This document shows positions 51,451 through 62,552 of a DNA stretch of 64,000 nt, piece by piece. A program made the position numbers and the translations under genes. Under the pieces are notes generated by a model that did not search any database, had not been told where the DNA came from, and saw only the letters and a program-made list of their open reading frames with translations. The stretch comes from Blepharisma stoltei ATCC 30299 (Eukaryota; Protista; Ciliophora). The first letter of the stretch is position 1, and each line of letters begins with the position of its first letter. The stretch covers positions 62,001 to 126,000 of the forward strand of contig CBFDEM010000032.1 of NCBI GenBank assembly GCA_965603825.1, read 5' to 3'.

Positions 51451-53694
51451 TTATAATTCAATAATGTTTCTTTCTTCATCATGCCTTCTCAGCGGCTCAA
51501 TGTCGACGAAAAGATCAGGCAGACTTTGTATCACGGTGTGGTCATAAATAGAATCCAACGATTTAGTTGACTCATTTTTATTCATTTCTGTGTACTGAAC
51601 TGAAGCCAGGTTTGATGAGGTAAGTCCTCGTGCAAGATGGCTTTCCTCCATTTTTTGCATATTTATAGCTCTAGGGATCATCACGTCTGAAGTCTTAATC
51701 CATGGATGTTGAAGGGCATCATGAGCTGTCGGCCTAGAATCAACATTTCTGTCTAGCAATTTTTGGATAAATTCTGAAGCTAAAGGAGTAAATCGATCCC
51801 AATAGCTGGCTTCAAAAGAAATTGTCCCATTTAAGGTAAGATCAATTAAAACCTGCTTTTCTTTGTGGTCAAATGGGAGTCTTCCCGTTAATAAAAGATA
51901 AGCAACGACTCCGATGCTCCAGATGTCAGCTTTAAAATTGTAGCCTTCTTGGCTCAGTACTTCTGGAGCTACGTATCCTAAAGTTCCACAAGCCAATTTT
52001 TGAGAATCGCTAGGACCTGCAAGCTTTGATAATCCAAAATCAGCAAGTTTTATTTGTGGGATATCAGAAGTGTCTGCTAGCAAAATATTTTCAGGCTTAA
52101 TGTCTCTATGAATGATTCCTACTTCATGCAAATAGCTGACCACTTCTAGCAGCTGCTTTATTATTTGACTTGCCCCATACTCAGAGAACACCTTTTTTTT
52201 TAAAATCCTATCAAATAGTTCTCCGCCCTCCACCATTTCCATAACAATCAATAAATGTTTTTTAGTGTCGAAAACTTCTTTTAATTGAATTACATTTGGA
52301 TGGTCAATCAGCCTCATAATAGCGATTTCAGTCCTCAAAAACTCTTTTTCTTGTTTGTTTAGCTTTATTTTATTAATTACCTTTACTGCCCATTTCATAC
52401 TAGTAGCATGCTCGACCGCTTCATAAACATCAGAAAATTTCCCATGGCCCAATCTTTCTTTAAGCTCATAAAATTCTTTAAATTTTCTGGTTTTTGCAGC
52501 CATTTCAAGCATTTTCACCCACTCATCTCTTTCGTTTCTTAAGTCACAGTAGATAAGAACTTCTTGGTAAGCTGCGTTTTGGTGAGATAACGAAATTCCA
52601 AATTTATTGGAAACAAAATAATCTCCTATAATATCGACATAGCAGCCCTCCATAAAAACGACCCCTGAGGGCATTGCGTCTTCTTGATGATCAAAAAATA
52701 CAAGTAAATTTTTCTTCAAAATCGCGTATTTTTTCTCTAATTCATCTTTTTCTTTATTTTTCTTGTAAACAGTCCCTGCCATGTCTACAGTATTCGCAAC
52801 TGTACCTTTGCTAGGACTTGCTGGCTCGCTATGACTTAAATCGCTTTTAGGTTTTGGCCGATGGAATTTTTTTGAATTATCAATGTCCTTCACCGATAAA
52901 GACCAAACATCTTCTTTAAAGACTGTAGAAAAAATTTGGAGGATGCTTGGGTGCTGATCAATAAAATTAGCAAATTCTTTAAAGGAAAGGACTCCTCTTT
53001 CACCTCCATATTGCTCCAAAACCTGGGATGCCAGCAGCTGTGCTTTAGAGCTGTGGCTTATTGTGGACTGGGTTTGAAGATTATATGAAGATCCACTTCT
53101 GGATTTATGAACACTTGTTTTTGATCGGTATTTTGGGGTTTTTACGCTTATAACTAAATCTGATAGCGAGCCTTCTCCAACTGTATCAAGGGTTTGTGCA
53201 TCAGCAACATTTTTTTCTGAAATTGTCTCTTTTAAAGAGTTGTGGATCTAAATAAATCTCACCAATGATAATAATTCAGCTCTATCAATATATCCGTCTT
53301 CTGATAAATCATAAAGGTCGAAAATCAATTTTAATTTTTCTTCCATCGTTCCTTTGCTAAATCGTGCAATTCCAATCATAAATTCTTCAAAACTTATAAC
53401 TCCTGTCCCCGAAGTTTCAAAAATCTTGAACAACCTTTCACTCAGCATGCCCTGAATATTTTTTACAGGCAGTGGAAAGAATTGGATAAACGTTTCTTTA
53501 TCGATATTTTGGTGTGACTCAGTTCTACGCGTTAAATCGATATAGAGTTCTCTTAAAATGCTTATTTCTTCTCTGGTAACTAGATAGATGTTACATTTAG
53601 CCAGGATTGGAGCGATCTTCCCTGACAATTTAAACAAGTTGGCATTTAAATCACTCTTGGCACTTATTCTTCCCTTTGTGCAGCATAGACCCAT
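51451..53694 (-). CDS. CDPK7-like kinase: MGLCC, EF-hands, PH domain, CAMK-group kinase (737 aa; two introns)
   Basis: EF-hand DLSEDGYIDRAE, PH ending ERDEWVKML, GHGKFS, HRDIKPEN, DFG and APE. Introns 53452-53466 and 53248-53262 join ORFs 53248..53694 and 51451..53019. Confidence 0.88.
53248..53262 (-). other. 15-nt intron
   Basis: GTGAGATTTATTTAG. Splicing removes an in-frame TAG. Confidence 0.9.
53452..53466 (-). other. 15-nt in-frame, stop-free intron
   Basis: GTAAAAAATATTCAG. The spliced product reads FFPLPGMLSERLF. Confidence 0.75.
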
Positions 53695-54146
53695 TTAGTG
53701 TTATTTTTATTAAAATCAAATTTAGAAGAGAAATAATCAGGCATGATTTTACTATTAGAATGCTCGTTAGCAGGCTAAATTGTGGAGAAGAGCTGAGTTG
53801 TTAGATAAAGGGAAAATTATGTGGAGGATTGGAAACTGTTTTAAAATGTAAAAAGATCAATAAAATTATAATTTCAGGGAGTGGCTATGAAATGGGGAAA
53901 TTTTTAATTTTAAAGAAGATAATTTAATAGAACTAAATGCTGGGATTTGTTCATGAATAAGACAATTTGTGTAAATGACCCTTTCCAGTAATTGTTGTCA
54001 TAAGAAAAAAAAATTGCAGCCTTATGATTTTGAATTTTATATGACAAATAAATATAAAAATTACAAAGCAGTAAAATATCATTGAGATATTAGCAAAAAT
54101 AAATATTAAATATTTCCTACAGCAGCTATCTTAATATAAATCAAAA

Positions 54147-55097
54147 ATGGATCCTCCATATATTACGCCTTTTAAGTTAGATGCCAATCTCAGGGCTCAC
54201 AAAGATCAAGCACCAATTTTCCATCAAGGTGAAGTCATTGAAAATGTCCAACGAGTATCCGAAATACGCTCTACTATAGACGACTCTGAACTCAGTAAAA
54301 ATATCGATAAACTTATAAAAACCATAAGCGACTATATAAACGAAGATTTCAACACAAAAGCTGGCACTAAAGACGAGCCTTTATTTTGCCTGCCTGATTT
54401 TTCAAGATCTATTCTTGAAAAATCCCAACTTGCCAGAGATTTAACGGATCTCTTAATCCAATGCCGAAATAATAGAGATTCAGCGATTCCTAGAGAAAGT
54501 TTTTATTCTGCACAAGAAAAACGAGTCTCCAAAAATGTTTCGCAAAGCAGGTCTTGAAAAGAGCTTCTATCAGCTTTATTTGACCCTCAAGCTGAAGGGA
54601 TTTATTTATCCTCATCAGAAATAGCCGTACTGCTGTCAACAATCTTGCATTATTGTGCTACGTCGGGAACTCAAGATATCAAGGATGTTCTTTATAGGAA
54701 GCAGATCGAATATATCAATACAGCACAAAAAATCAGCAAAGTAAAAACTTTATTAAGAAAAGGAGAAGATGAAAGAGAATTTCTATTTGAGTCCAATGCA
54801 AAGCTAGCAGAAACTATTAAAACATTAAAGAAACAAGAGGCTTTATTAGAAAGACAAGTAGAAGACAGCATGGTTGAAAATTATTCTAACGAAGAACACT
54901 TTAATCAATTAAGCCAAGAACTAAAAGAAGCCAAAGATACGCTAAAAGAGCTTTTAAGAGGCAACAGAACTTCAAGTGTTGTTTTGCCTGAATCCTTACA
55001 TAATCGAAGCAGCGGCTCAAACATAAAAACTAGGAGATTTGACATTGACTCGGAAGAAAGAGATTCATCGAATCCTTTTGAAGAAGAAACCTTGTAA
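54147..55097 (+). CDS. Uncharacterised coiled-coil protein (316 aa)
   Basis: TGA=W at 54555 joins two ORFs in frame. Confidence 0.75.
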
Positions 55098-55699
55098 TTT
55101 ATAATATGACTTAGAAATTAATTAATAAATGATTTCAATATCATTTATCTAGTTCTATGAAAATTTTACACTGCCTTTCATTGCTTTTTTTTAAGCAGCC
55201 AGTGAATCTTTTTATTTGTTTATAATTTTAAGATCATAACTGAGCTTGCTATATCTGAGATCTGAGTGCATGCTTTCGCAGATTTGGTCAAAATCGGAAT
55301 TGCACGTTTACTGAACTATTTTTTGAGCGGGGTATAATATCCTTAAAATAAATTATGGCACTTTTAATCATGCACTTCTAATAGCGGGCTATTTTCAAGT
55401 CTACTTGATTCTAAAATTTCTCTGCTTCTTAATCCTTCAGCTCCATTCGAAATTGCTATATTGTCTGCATTTACAGCAAAATCGGCTGCTTTTATAGCTT
55501 CTTTATTTAATAAAGAGCTTTGAGAATGTCTTCTTCACTAAGAATTAAGCAAAAATTGATAAAAACAAATTGACTTTGATGTCGTTTATAAATTGAATTA
55601 ACTATGCATCGATTTAAATAGTCCTAAAAAAGAATAAATAGAATTAATATGAATAAATATTAGCAAAATTAATCTTAATTTTTTATCTTTATAAGTCAG

Positions 55700-57181
55700 T
55701 TAATTTATAGATTTCCGAGGAGAAGCTTCTAATCTGAAACTTTCCCCAATGTTTTTTGCTCTGTGTCGCATAATTTTAGGTGGGATCGGAGTTTTCGATT
55801 CTTCAATTTCTTGGTCTAAATAAAGGTCTCTGCTTTCAATTATATCTTTAATTCCTTTCATCCTCGGCTCAGGAGTTTTGCTCTTATAGCCTTTCATCTT
55901 TGGCACCAATTTATCCAAAGGAAATGAATGATTTTCTTCTGAGCCTAAAAATACATACAAATATGAAAGAAATTCGTCAATTTGTCCAATAAAAGGAATG
56001 ATATTTCGTTCGTTAATCGCTGTTTCGTCTTCTATTTTTATTCGCTTTGAATGTCTCAAATCTACTGGTGTGCCTTGGCACGAGTGAATTATGCTCTAAT
56101 TAAAAAATACTTTTAAAAATGGGATAATGGACTGTAGAGTTTTTTTATATTTTTCGACTTCTGCCATTTTTGCTTCTTTTCTCTCTTGAAACTTCTCATG
56201 TTTTTTAATTAAATTCTCCAAAAGTTCAGCTGTTTTGACTTGTTTGTTTTCTTTAGAAGTTTCGTATTTTCTTATTGCTTCAGTTGTCCTGATTGCGTTT
56301 TCTTCAAGAGTGTCGATTTCTGCTCACATTTCGTTGATGTAGGCGTGGACTTGGTATTGCTGGTCCTCTGACTTGATAAATGCGGTGGCAACTTCATCAG
56401 TGCTCCCCATTCCTGTGATTTGAACCATTTGGTCAAAAATATATTCTAGTTTTGACATTCTTTTTACATATGAGTCTAAAAATTTTTTGCGTTCTCGAAT
56501 CTTTTCATTTCAGCCGCCTAGAAGTGCTTTCAGAAGTTTACTATGGTCAAATGCTTCACCAGGCTTTGAAATCCTACTGAACATTCCATCATCCATTTGT
56601 TTCCTGACGGAATTTCTTTTTTCTAAGTCACCCAAAATAACAGTGTTCAGCTCACTGAGCCTTTTTCCATAGCTTTGATGGCTTACCACACTTTTACTTC
56701 TTATTTTTTCTAATTGCTTTTTAAATCTATTTTCATCTTCATAATTTCTTGTAAATTCATGATGTTTAAAAGTCACTAAGCTTTCATGATCAAATATCCC
56801 TTTGGATAAGTTTTGAATTGTTCGCTTATAATGTTGTGCATCCCTTCTAATATTATTTACCTCAGCCCTTGAAATCCGATTCTGTGAGCAGGTTTCATTC
56901 AATTGCGTCATTTCTAGCTCCAGCTTTCGTTCTAAGACTGCAATTTTTTGTTTGAGTTTCGATTCAGTTTTATTTATAGACATCTCATTATTCATAGAAA
57001 TTTTGAAATTCAACTTTTCCTTTTCTAAATATTCGATTTGTTCGTCATATTGCATAGACTCTTGCTTTTCTATTTCGAGCTTTTCAATGATTTTTTCAAG
57101 TTCGTTTTGGAGCCTTTCGTTTTCGTGAATTGATGTGATTGATCGGTCTACTGAAAGAAAACTTCGGCTTAATCTGCTCAT
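55700..57181 (-). CDS. Outer dynein arm docking complex ODAD1/CCDC114-like coiled-coil protein (488 aa)
   Basis: TGA=W at 56512 and 56326, intron 56096-56110. FDQMVQITGMGSTDEVATAFIKSEDQQYQVHAYINE and INERNIIPFIGQIDE resemble the DC2 family. Confidence 0.65.
56096..56110 (-). other. 15-nt intron
   Basis: GTATTTTTTAATTAG. Splicing removes an in-frame TAG. Confidence 0.85.
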
Positions 57182-57281
57182 ATTTAAATATTTAATTTAA
57201 GAGTTTTTATGTGTGGGATTTCTTAGAGGCATAAAGAATTGATAGAAGATAATTTAATTATAGATTTATTTTGCTATTAGA

Positions 57282-58343
57282 TTAATTTTCATTTAATTTT
57301 TTGAGAGGCGGTTTTTCGATCATTTCTACGCTTAATACTGAAGGTGCAATTGTAATTAGCTGTGAAATTTGCTGTTCAAGCTCTCTTTGGTCCAAAAATT
57401 CAGGTCTCCTTCTTCCTCCATGAGTACTGTAATGAAAACTCAAAACCTTGTCTCTTCAATCTTCAGGTATTGCATCAATTCCGTGATAAGCTCCAACCAT
57501 CCCTCCTACTATGCATGCATTTGTGTCAGTATCCCCTCCTATCATCAGCACATTCCTTATTGCTGTCTCATAATCAGCTCCACTTCTAAGAGCTCTGAAA
57601 GCATGGTCAAATGCTATCTTCACGTATCCGATAGATGGAGCCCCAGGCATAGGATGGTTATTTTCAATATCATGAAACCAGTTATTTACTTCGTCGCAGA
57701 ATCTATTCTGTCCCATATTTTTCGCTGCTTCATATGCTCCTTGGTTATCACCTGGATTATTAATCAAATGAGCTATAGCCTTTATATAGCAAGCTTCCAT
57801 TTGCTGTGCAATTATATTTGAGTGGGTCATTGAGACTTCTAGCTCTGTTGCTCTAATTAAATCGTCATCTGATAGCCGATGGCATCATACAGCTAATGGA
57901 GTACATCTCATGAGGCTCCCATTGCTCAAAGAGTGCTTGTTATAATGAGCTGCACAATTAATTGGCATATATGCATAGGCAATTTTAGATCTTCTTAAAG
58001 GCTCAAAAGCAGTTCCTGTAGTATTCCCGACATCAAATGGATCATTTTTTATTCATAGTTGATAGTAGTGAGCGATTTTGTCTAGGTTTAAAGCTCCTTG
58101 GCCATCTATAAGACCTTTCATTAAGCAAATTGCAAGCTCTGAATCATCAGTCACTTGGCCAGGACCAGTTCCATGTGTGCCTTGTGATCCTCCTAGCATT
58201 CTCAAGGCCAAGGTTAGCTCTTCTGGAGAAATTTCATTTTTGAACTCTAAAAAGGATCCAAGTGCATCTCCTACAAATGCCCCAATTATTGATCCGAGAA
58301 TTCTTTTTCTACTTATTTCTGAAATAACATGTTCCGGGTTCAT
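57282..58343 (-). CDS. ADP-ribosylglycohydrolase (ARH/DraG family), 353 aa
   Basis: GAFVGDALG, GQVTDDSE, FDVGNTT, SNGSLMR, TH and GGDTDTN. TGA=W at 58055, 57887 and 57458 (IPED-W). Confidence 0.93.
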
Positions 58344-58672
58344 TTTTAATAAACAGATTCATTCAGACAAAATATAATAACTATTGATATCAGCTATATT
58401 AATTTTTTATAAAGAATGCCTTTAGTATTACAATTAATTATTATTTAATTCGAAGTGGAGCCTTTTAGTAGTTATTTTCTATTATCCAAAATAAAAGAAA
58501 ATAAATTGTTATAGAGTTTTGTTTCATTTCAAAATAACCTTAAAGTAGAAAGCAACTTTACTCTTATCAAAAAAAACTTATTGTTACCAAAATTTAGCCG
58601 GCTTAATCCTTACTAAATCGCAACCATTATAATTCTTCCTCCTTCCAACATCATCTGTCAAAATTGTAAAAA

Positions 58673-59932
58673 ATGTCTGCAAACAATACACTCCTAATCT
58701 GCACAACTTTTCTAACAGAAGTTCTCAACAAAAAATCTGGAATCATAAATTCTGTCCATATCCCTCAATTTATTGACAAACTTTATCAAATCCTCACCCT
58801 TACTGAAACTCAGCTAAAAGTCATAGTTAAACCATTCGGCAAAAATTGTTTACATTGCGGAAGCTATATCCCTAGTTTTAACTTATCTTCTGCTATCGGC
58901 CTATGATGCAAACCAGCAGATCATTTCTTTTGCTCAACTGCCTGCTTAAAAAGGCACGCATTAATGTCTACTAATAGCACCCTGCTTGATCTTGACTACG
59001 TAAGATGCCCAATCTGCAGAAGTTCAATATCAGTTGAACAAATAAACGAAGCCTTTGAAGGAAAAATTGAAGAAATCCAAAGAGACGCATGTGATCGTGC
59101 TTTAAACATGCTATTAGACGATGAAAGCAAAGAGCAGCTTCTCCCGAAGTTTACATGTCTGATTTGTTATACAGAGCTTAAAGTAGACCAAGGAATCACA
59201 TTGGAATGCGACCACAGATTTTGCGTGAACTGCATAAGGCAGCAAGTCGAAATGTTAATAGAGTCAGCACAGGTAAGTGACGAAAAATTAAAATGTCCTA
59301 ATTGTCCTCAAGCTTTATCGGTATATGAAATCGAAGATATTGTAGGTCCTGAATTGTTTGCAAAATATGAAAAATTCAGACTCAGAGGGCTGAAGCTGGA
59401 GCCAGGTGATGAAAATTCTTATATTTTTCATTGTAGAGGGGCTGATTGTGAGTATATTTGTATTATTGAAAAGGGGGTTAATGAGTTTGAATGTCCGAAG
59501 TGCAATTTTAAATGCTGCCCAATGTGTAAAGAAGACATTCATAAAGGCAGCACTTGTGAGCAGTACGCGAAGTGGAAAGAAGAAAATGCGAAAGGAGATA
59601 AAGAGTTTGAACAAATGCTAAGGGATGAAGGGCTGCTAAAGTGTCCTGAATGTGGAGCGGCAGTTCAAAGGATTTCAGGATGCCAGTATATGGTGTGCAG
59701 TTCAAGCCAATGCCAAGGGAGAACTTTCTTTTGTTATGATTGTGGGATAAAACTAGAACAAGACCATGGAGCTCATGACTGTAAACCTAGAAATCACAAT
59801 CCAGCACCAGCTGTACCTCATGCAATTCCTGTAAGGCCCTTACCTTTTGGTATTCTTCCAGGTAGAAGAAGAGGAGGCAGAAATCCGAAAAATCCGAAAA
59901 GGCCTGTGAGGCATATGAGGCAACTATCATAG
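58673..59932 (+). CDS. RBR (RING1-IBR-RING2) E3 ligase with an extra N-terminal RING-like finger (419 aa)
   Basis: TGA=W at 58904. RING1 CLIC..CDHRFC..C..CPNC, an IBR, and RING2 CPEC..GCQYMVC. Confidence 0.88.
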
Positions 59933-60132
59933 TAAAATTCAACTAAGCATTTATGAGTCTTGATGCTCTTATAATTAATGGTTTTAATATATAAAATATC
60001 TTGTCTCACCATTTGTCTCAGATATTTTCCTAAATCTAAACTTACTCTCAGTTATCTGAGAAGCGCCAATATCAATCTTAATTGATAAAAACCAAATTCT
60101 TTCAGATTATTAATAATATTTCTTAATCAATA

Positions 60133-60597
60133 TTAAGGGGTGAAAATATAATAAGCCAAAACGCCCAAGCCATTTCCACAAGCTTCATACTCCCATCTCT
60201 GGCATGCATCTTTCATGATATACCACTCTTTATAGATTAAAATCGAATTCCACCATATCCTTGGAACCAGTTTCACAAAGCCAGCAGCTGAAAATGTTTC
60301 GCTGACTCCTGAGAAAAAGTCATCAAGATCGCATCCAGTATAAAATGCTTTTATTTGTGAATCGAGGATCGCTATTTGTTTTTCGACTATCGCGTCATTG
60401 TTAAGAGGAGCAAACATAGCAATTGCTATTAAGGCATCGTTGATTGCTATTTGGGTAGTGGTATTTAGACAAAGGCGAGTTGGAAACACATAGTCTGCAC
60501 CTTCATAGCCTGTTAATAAGCCTGAAATAAAGCTCCTTGTATTTTCATAAAGAACGTTTGCGGAGGCGATTTGGAAGAGGAGAAGTAATAAAGCCAT
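60133..60597 (-). CDS. Small secreted helical protein (154 aa)
   Basis: Signal peptide MALLLLLFQIASA and four Cys. Confidence 0.75.
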   Translation of the reverse strand: MALLLLLFQIASANVLYENTRSFISGLLTGYEGADYVFPTRLCLNTTTQIAINDALIAIAMFAPLNNDAIVEKQIAILDSQIKAFYTGCDLDDFFSGVSETFSAAGFVKLVPRIWWNSILIYKEWYIMKDACQRWEYEACGNGLGVLAYYIFTP

Positions 60598-60835
60598 ATA
60601 TAAATTTAATTAAATAGAAATGCAAACTTTTTAAAGTTTAAGCTATTAACTATAAACGAAAAGAGCTATTTATAATGATAAAATTTAATGAGATTAAATT
60701 ATTTTTGCATAAATACACATATTTTTCTTATGATATATCAGGTCATTTTTGTAAATTATTTCGAAGGTATTTTTTCTTATTAATATTTAAATTAATAAAT
60801 ATCTACACAGTAGAAAGAACTGCTATCATTTCATC

Positions 60836-61378
60836 TTACATAAGGCTACAGCAGCATTTTATTTTTTGATTAGATTTGGATTCGTATTCTATACTGCAGC
60901 AATTTTCTCGATCTATAATTCTTGCTGGCTTAGCCCCTTTAATATTCCAGGGCTCAGAAACCCTTGGTGGGATCTTAAAGTCACCATTTTCGTTTTCATC
61001 GAAATTTTCAGATTCAAATTCAAATTTTAATTTTCTGAATTTATCTTGTAATCTTAATCCAATATTAGCACTCAAATAATACTCAGACGATAAAGGACCG
61101 ACAGATTGTTTTTTAAGCGGAGTTGATGAATAAATTAAATCAGGCGACTGAAAAGATAAAATCGTTGTACTAGCATCATAATCAGAATTTAAATTTTCAA
61201 AATTTACTTCTGGAGACTGAAATGAGTTGCACGTATGCAAGACTGGAGAAATAGGAATGCCATCCTTTGAAAAAGCTTCTTCTAATTCTTTGTTATTTGT
61301 TGTGTTTCTAGAGGATTTTGTCTGGCTTGAATTAGATTTTTCAAAAGAGTCAAAACCAGAAACCAGTTTATCTTTCAT
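60836..61378 (-). CDS. Ser-rich protein with C-terminal CaaX (CCCSLM)
   Basis: 180-aa ORF ending KIKCCCSLM. Confidence 0.7.
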   Translation of the reverse strand: MKDKLVSGFDSFEKSNSSQTKSSRNTTNNKELEEAFSKDGIPISPVLHTCNSFQSPEVNFENLNSDYDASTTILSFQSPDLIYSSTPLKKQSVGPLSSEYYLSANIGLRLQDKFRKLKFEFESENFDENENGDFKIPPRVSEPWNIKGAKPARIIDRENCCSIEYESKSNQKIKCCCSLM

Positions 61379-61501
61379 ATTTATTTTTGAATTATAAATT
61401 GCTAAACTATTTATTATCAGTTAGCAGTGTATGAAATAGCCATTTTAAAATTTTCTATAGCATAATTTTTATGCTGATAGGTCTATGAATTATTTATTAA
61501 A

Positions 61502-61675
61502 ATGGGCGTAATTTGCTGCTGCTATCGTGAAAATAAAAAATTTAAGTTTCCTGAAGAAAATCAAATTATGATAGAGCAAACAGACGTAAAAGAATCAGGA
61601 TTGGGCACTCCTCAATACTCTACAAGAACTTCTCCGTTTACAAGTCTGAATGAAGAAATTTTTGAAGATTATTAA
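61502..61675 (+). CDS. 57-aa microprotein with MGVICCC acylation motif (below the ORF-track cutoff)
   Basis: ATG 61502 after an AT-rich leader, TAA at 61673, coding-like composition. Confidence 0.6.
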   Translation: MGVICCCYRENKKFKFPEENQIMIEQTDVKESGLGTPQYSTRTSPFTSLNEEIFEDY

Positions 61676-62292
61676 ATCAAAAAGGCTGATTTTTTCTTGT
61701 TTCTTTATTAATTATGTAATTATGGATTTTTCAGAAAATTTTATTACCATATCAGACTAATAAATCTTAGGTTCAAAGTGTATCTTTGACCCTGAATTTC
61801 CAAGCCGATTCTTCACTTTAGCCTAATAATTTAATTAAGGCTGTTTAGGCATTCTATAAGTTTATTTAGTATAGACAAATTGAAATGAAAACTGAGAAGA
61901 ATTTAAATCAAAGAAAAAGGCTTGCGTATGCTTTAATAAGAGAAGAAAAACCTTCGGGTAATTTAAAACATTATTTTCTGCACTTATTTCCGTTATCTAG
62001 TATAAGTAACCCTCATATTGGTATGTTTTATTGTCATATTGGATTTTTTTTACGACTTAGAAAGACAGAATTCTCATTTGATTCTCTTTCTTCACGTTTA
62101 AGACCACAAATCAAATATTCTTGATTGAATCTCCTCACAAAAAATCATAATTTATCAGTCAATTTTTTTAACAACAATAACTCAACAGCAGTTAAATACT
62201 AATAGTCGAAATTGCAAAGACAAGAAAGTTTCAACTTATATTCCTGCCGGGTTTAAAGATCTTTATCAATTTTCTATCAAAATATTATTTAT

Positions 62293-62514
62293 TTATATAG
62301 CACTACTAGAAATTTTCTTCTCAGCATCCATGTAGATTTGACTCAAAAAGTCTGAAGCTTCAGCAGCAATGTCATCTTCTTCTCTTTTCTTTTCTTCCAC
62401 TTTCAGTTTCTGGCTCATAGTAGTTTCATTCGTTATGAGCTTCGGTTTTGATGATTCTTCTCTTGGAGGTTTCACTGCGTGAGCTGTGCTATTTCTTGCA
62501 CATGCGCATCCCAT
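62293..62514 (-). CDS. 73-aa MGCAC-acylated microprotein with C-terminal amphipathic helix
   Basis: MGCACARNS...EDDIAAEASDFLSQIYMDAEKKI. Confidence 0.7.
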   Translation of the reverse strand: MGCACARNSTAHAVKPPREESSKPKLITNETTMSQKLKVEEKKREEDDIAAEASDFLSQIYMDAEKKISSSAI

Positions 62515-62552
62515 TTATATTTTTATGAATTCGACAGTAATTCATATTTAAT

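Noticed and set aside
60675-60869. 64-aa ORF
   Set aside because: F/I/K-rich translation of an AT-rich spacer, overlapping the end of a real gene.
61885-62124. 79-aa ORF
   Set aside because: No motif, ends in TGA (a sense codon here), and the region looks like spacer or decayed sequence.
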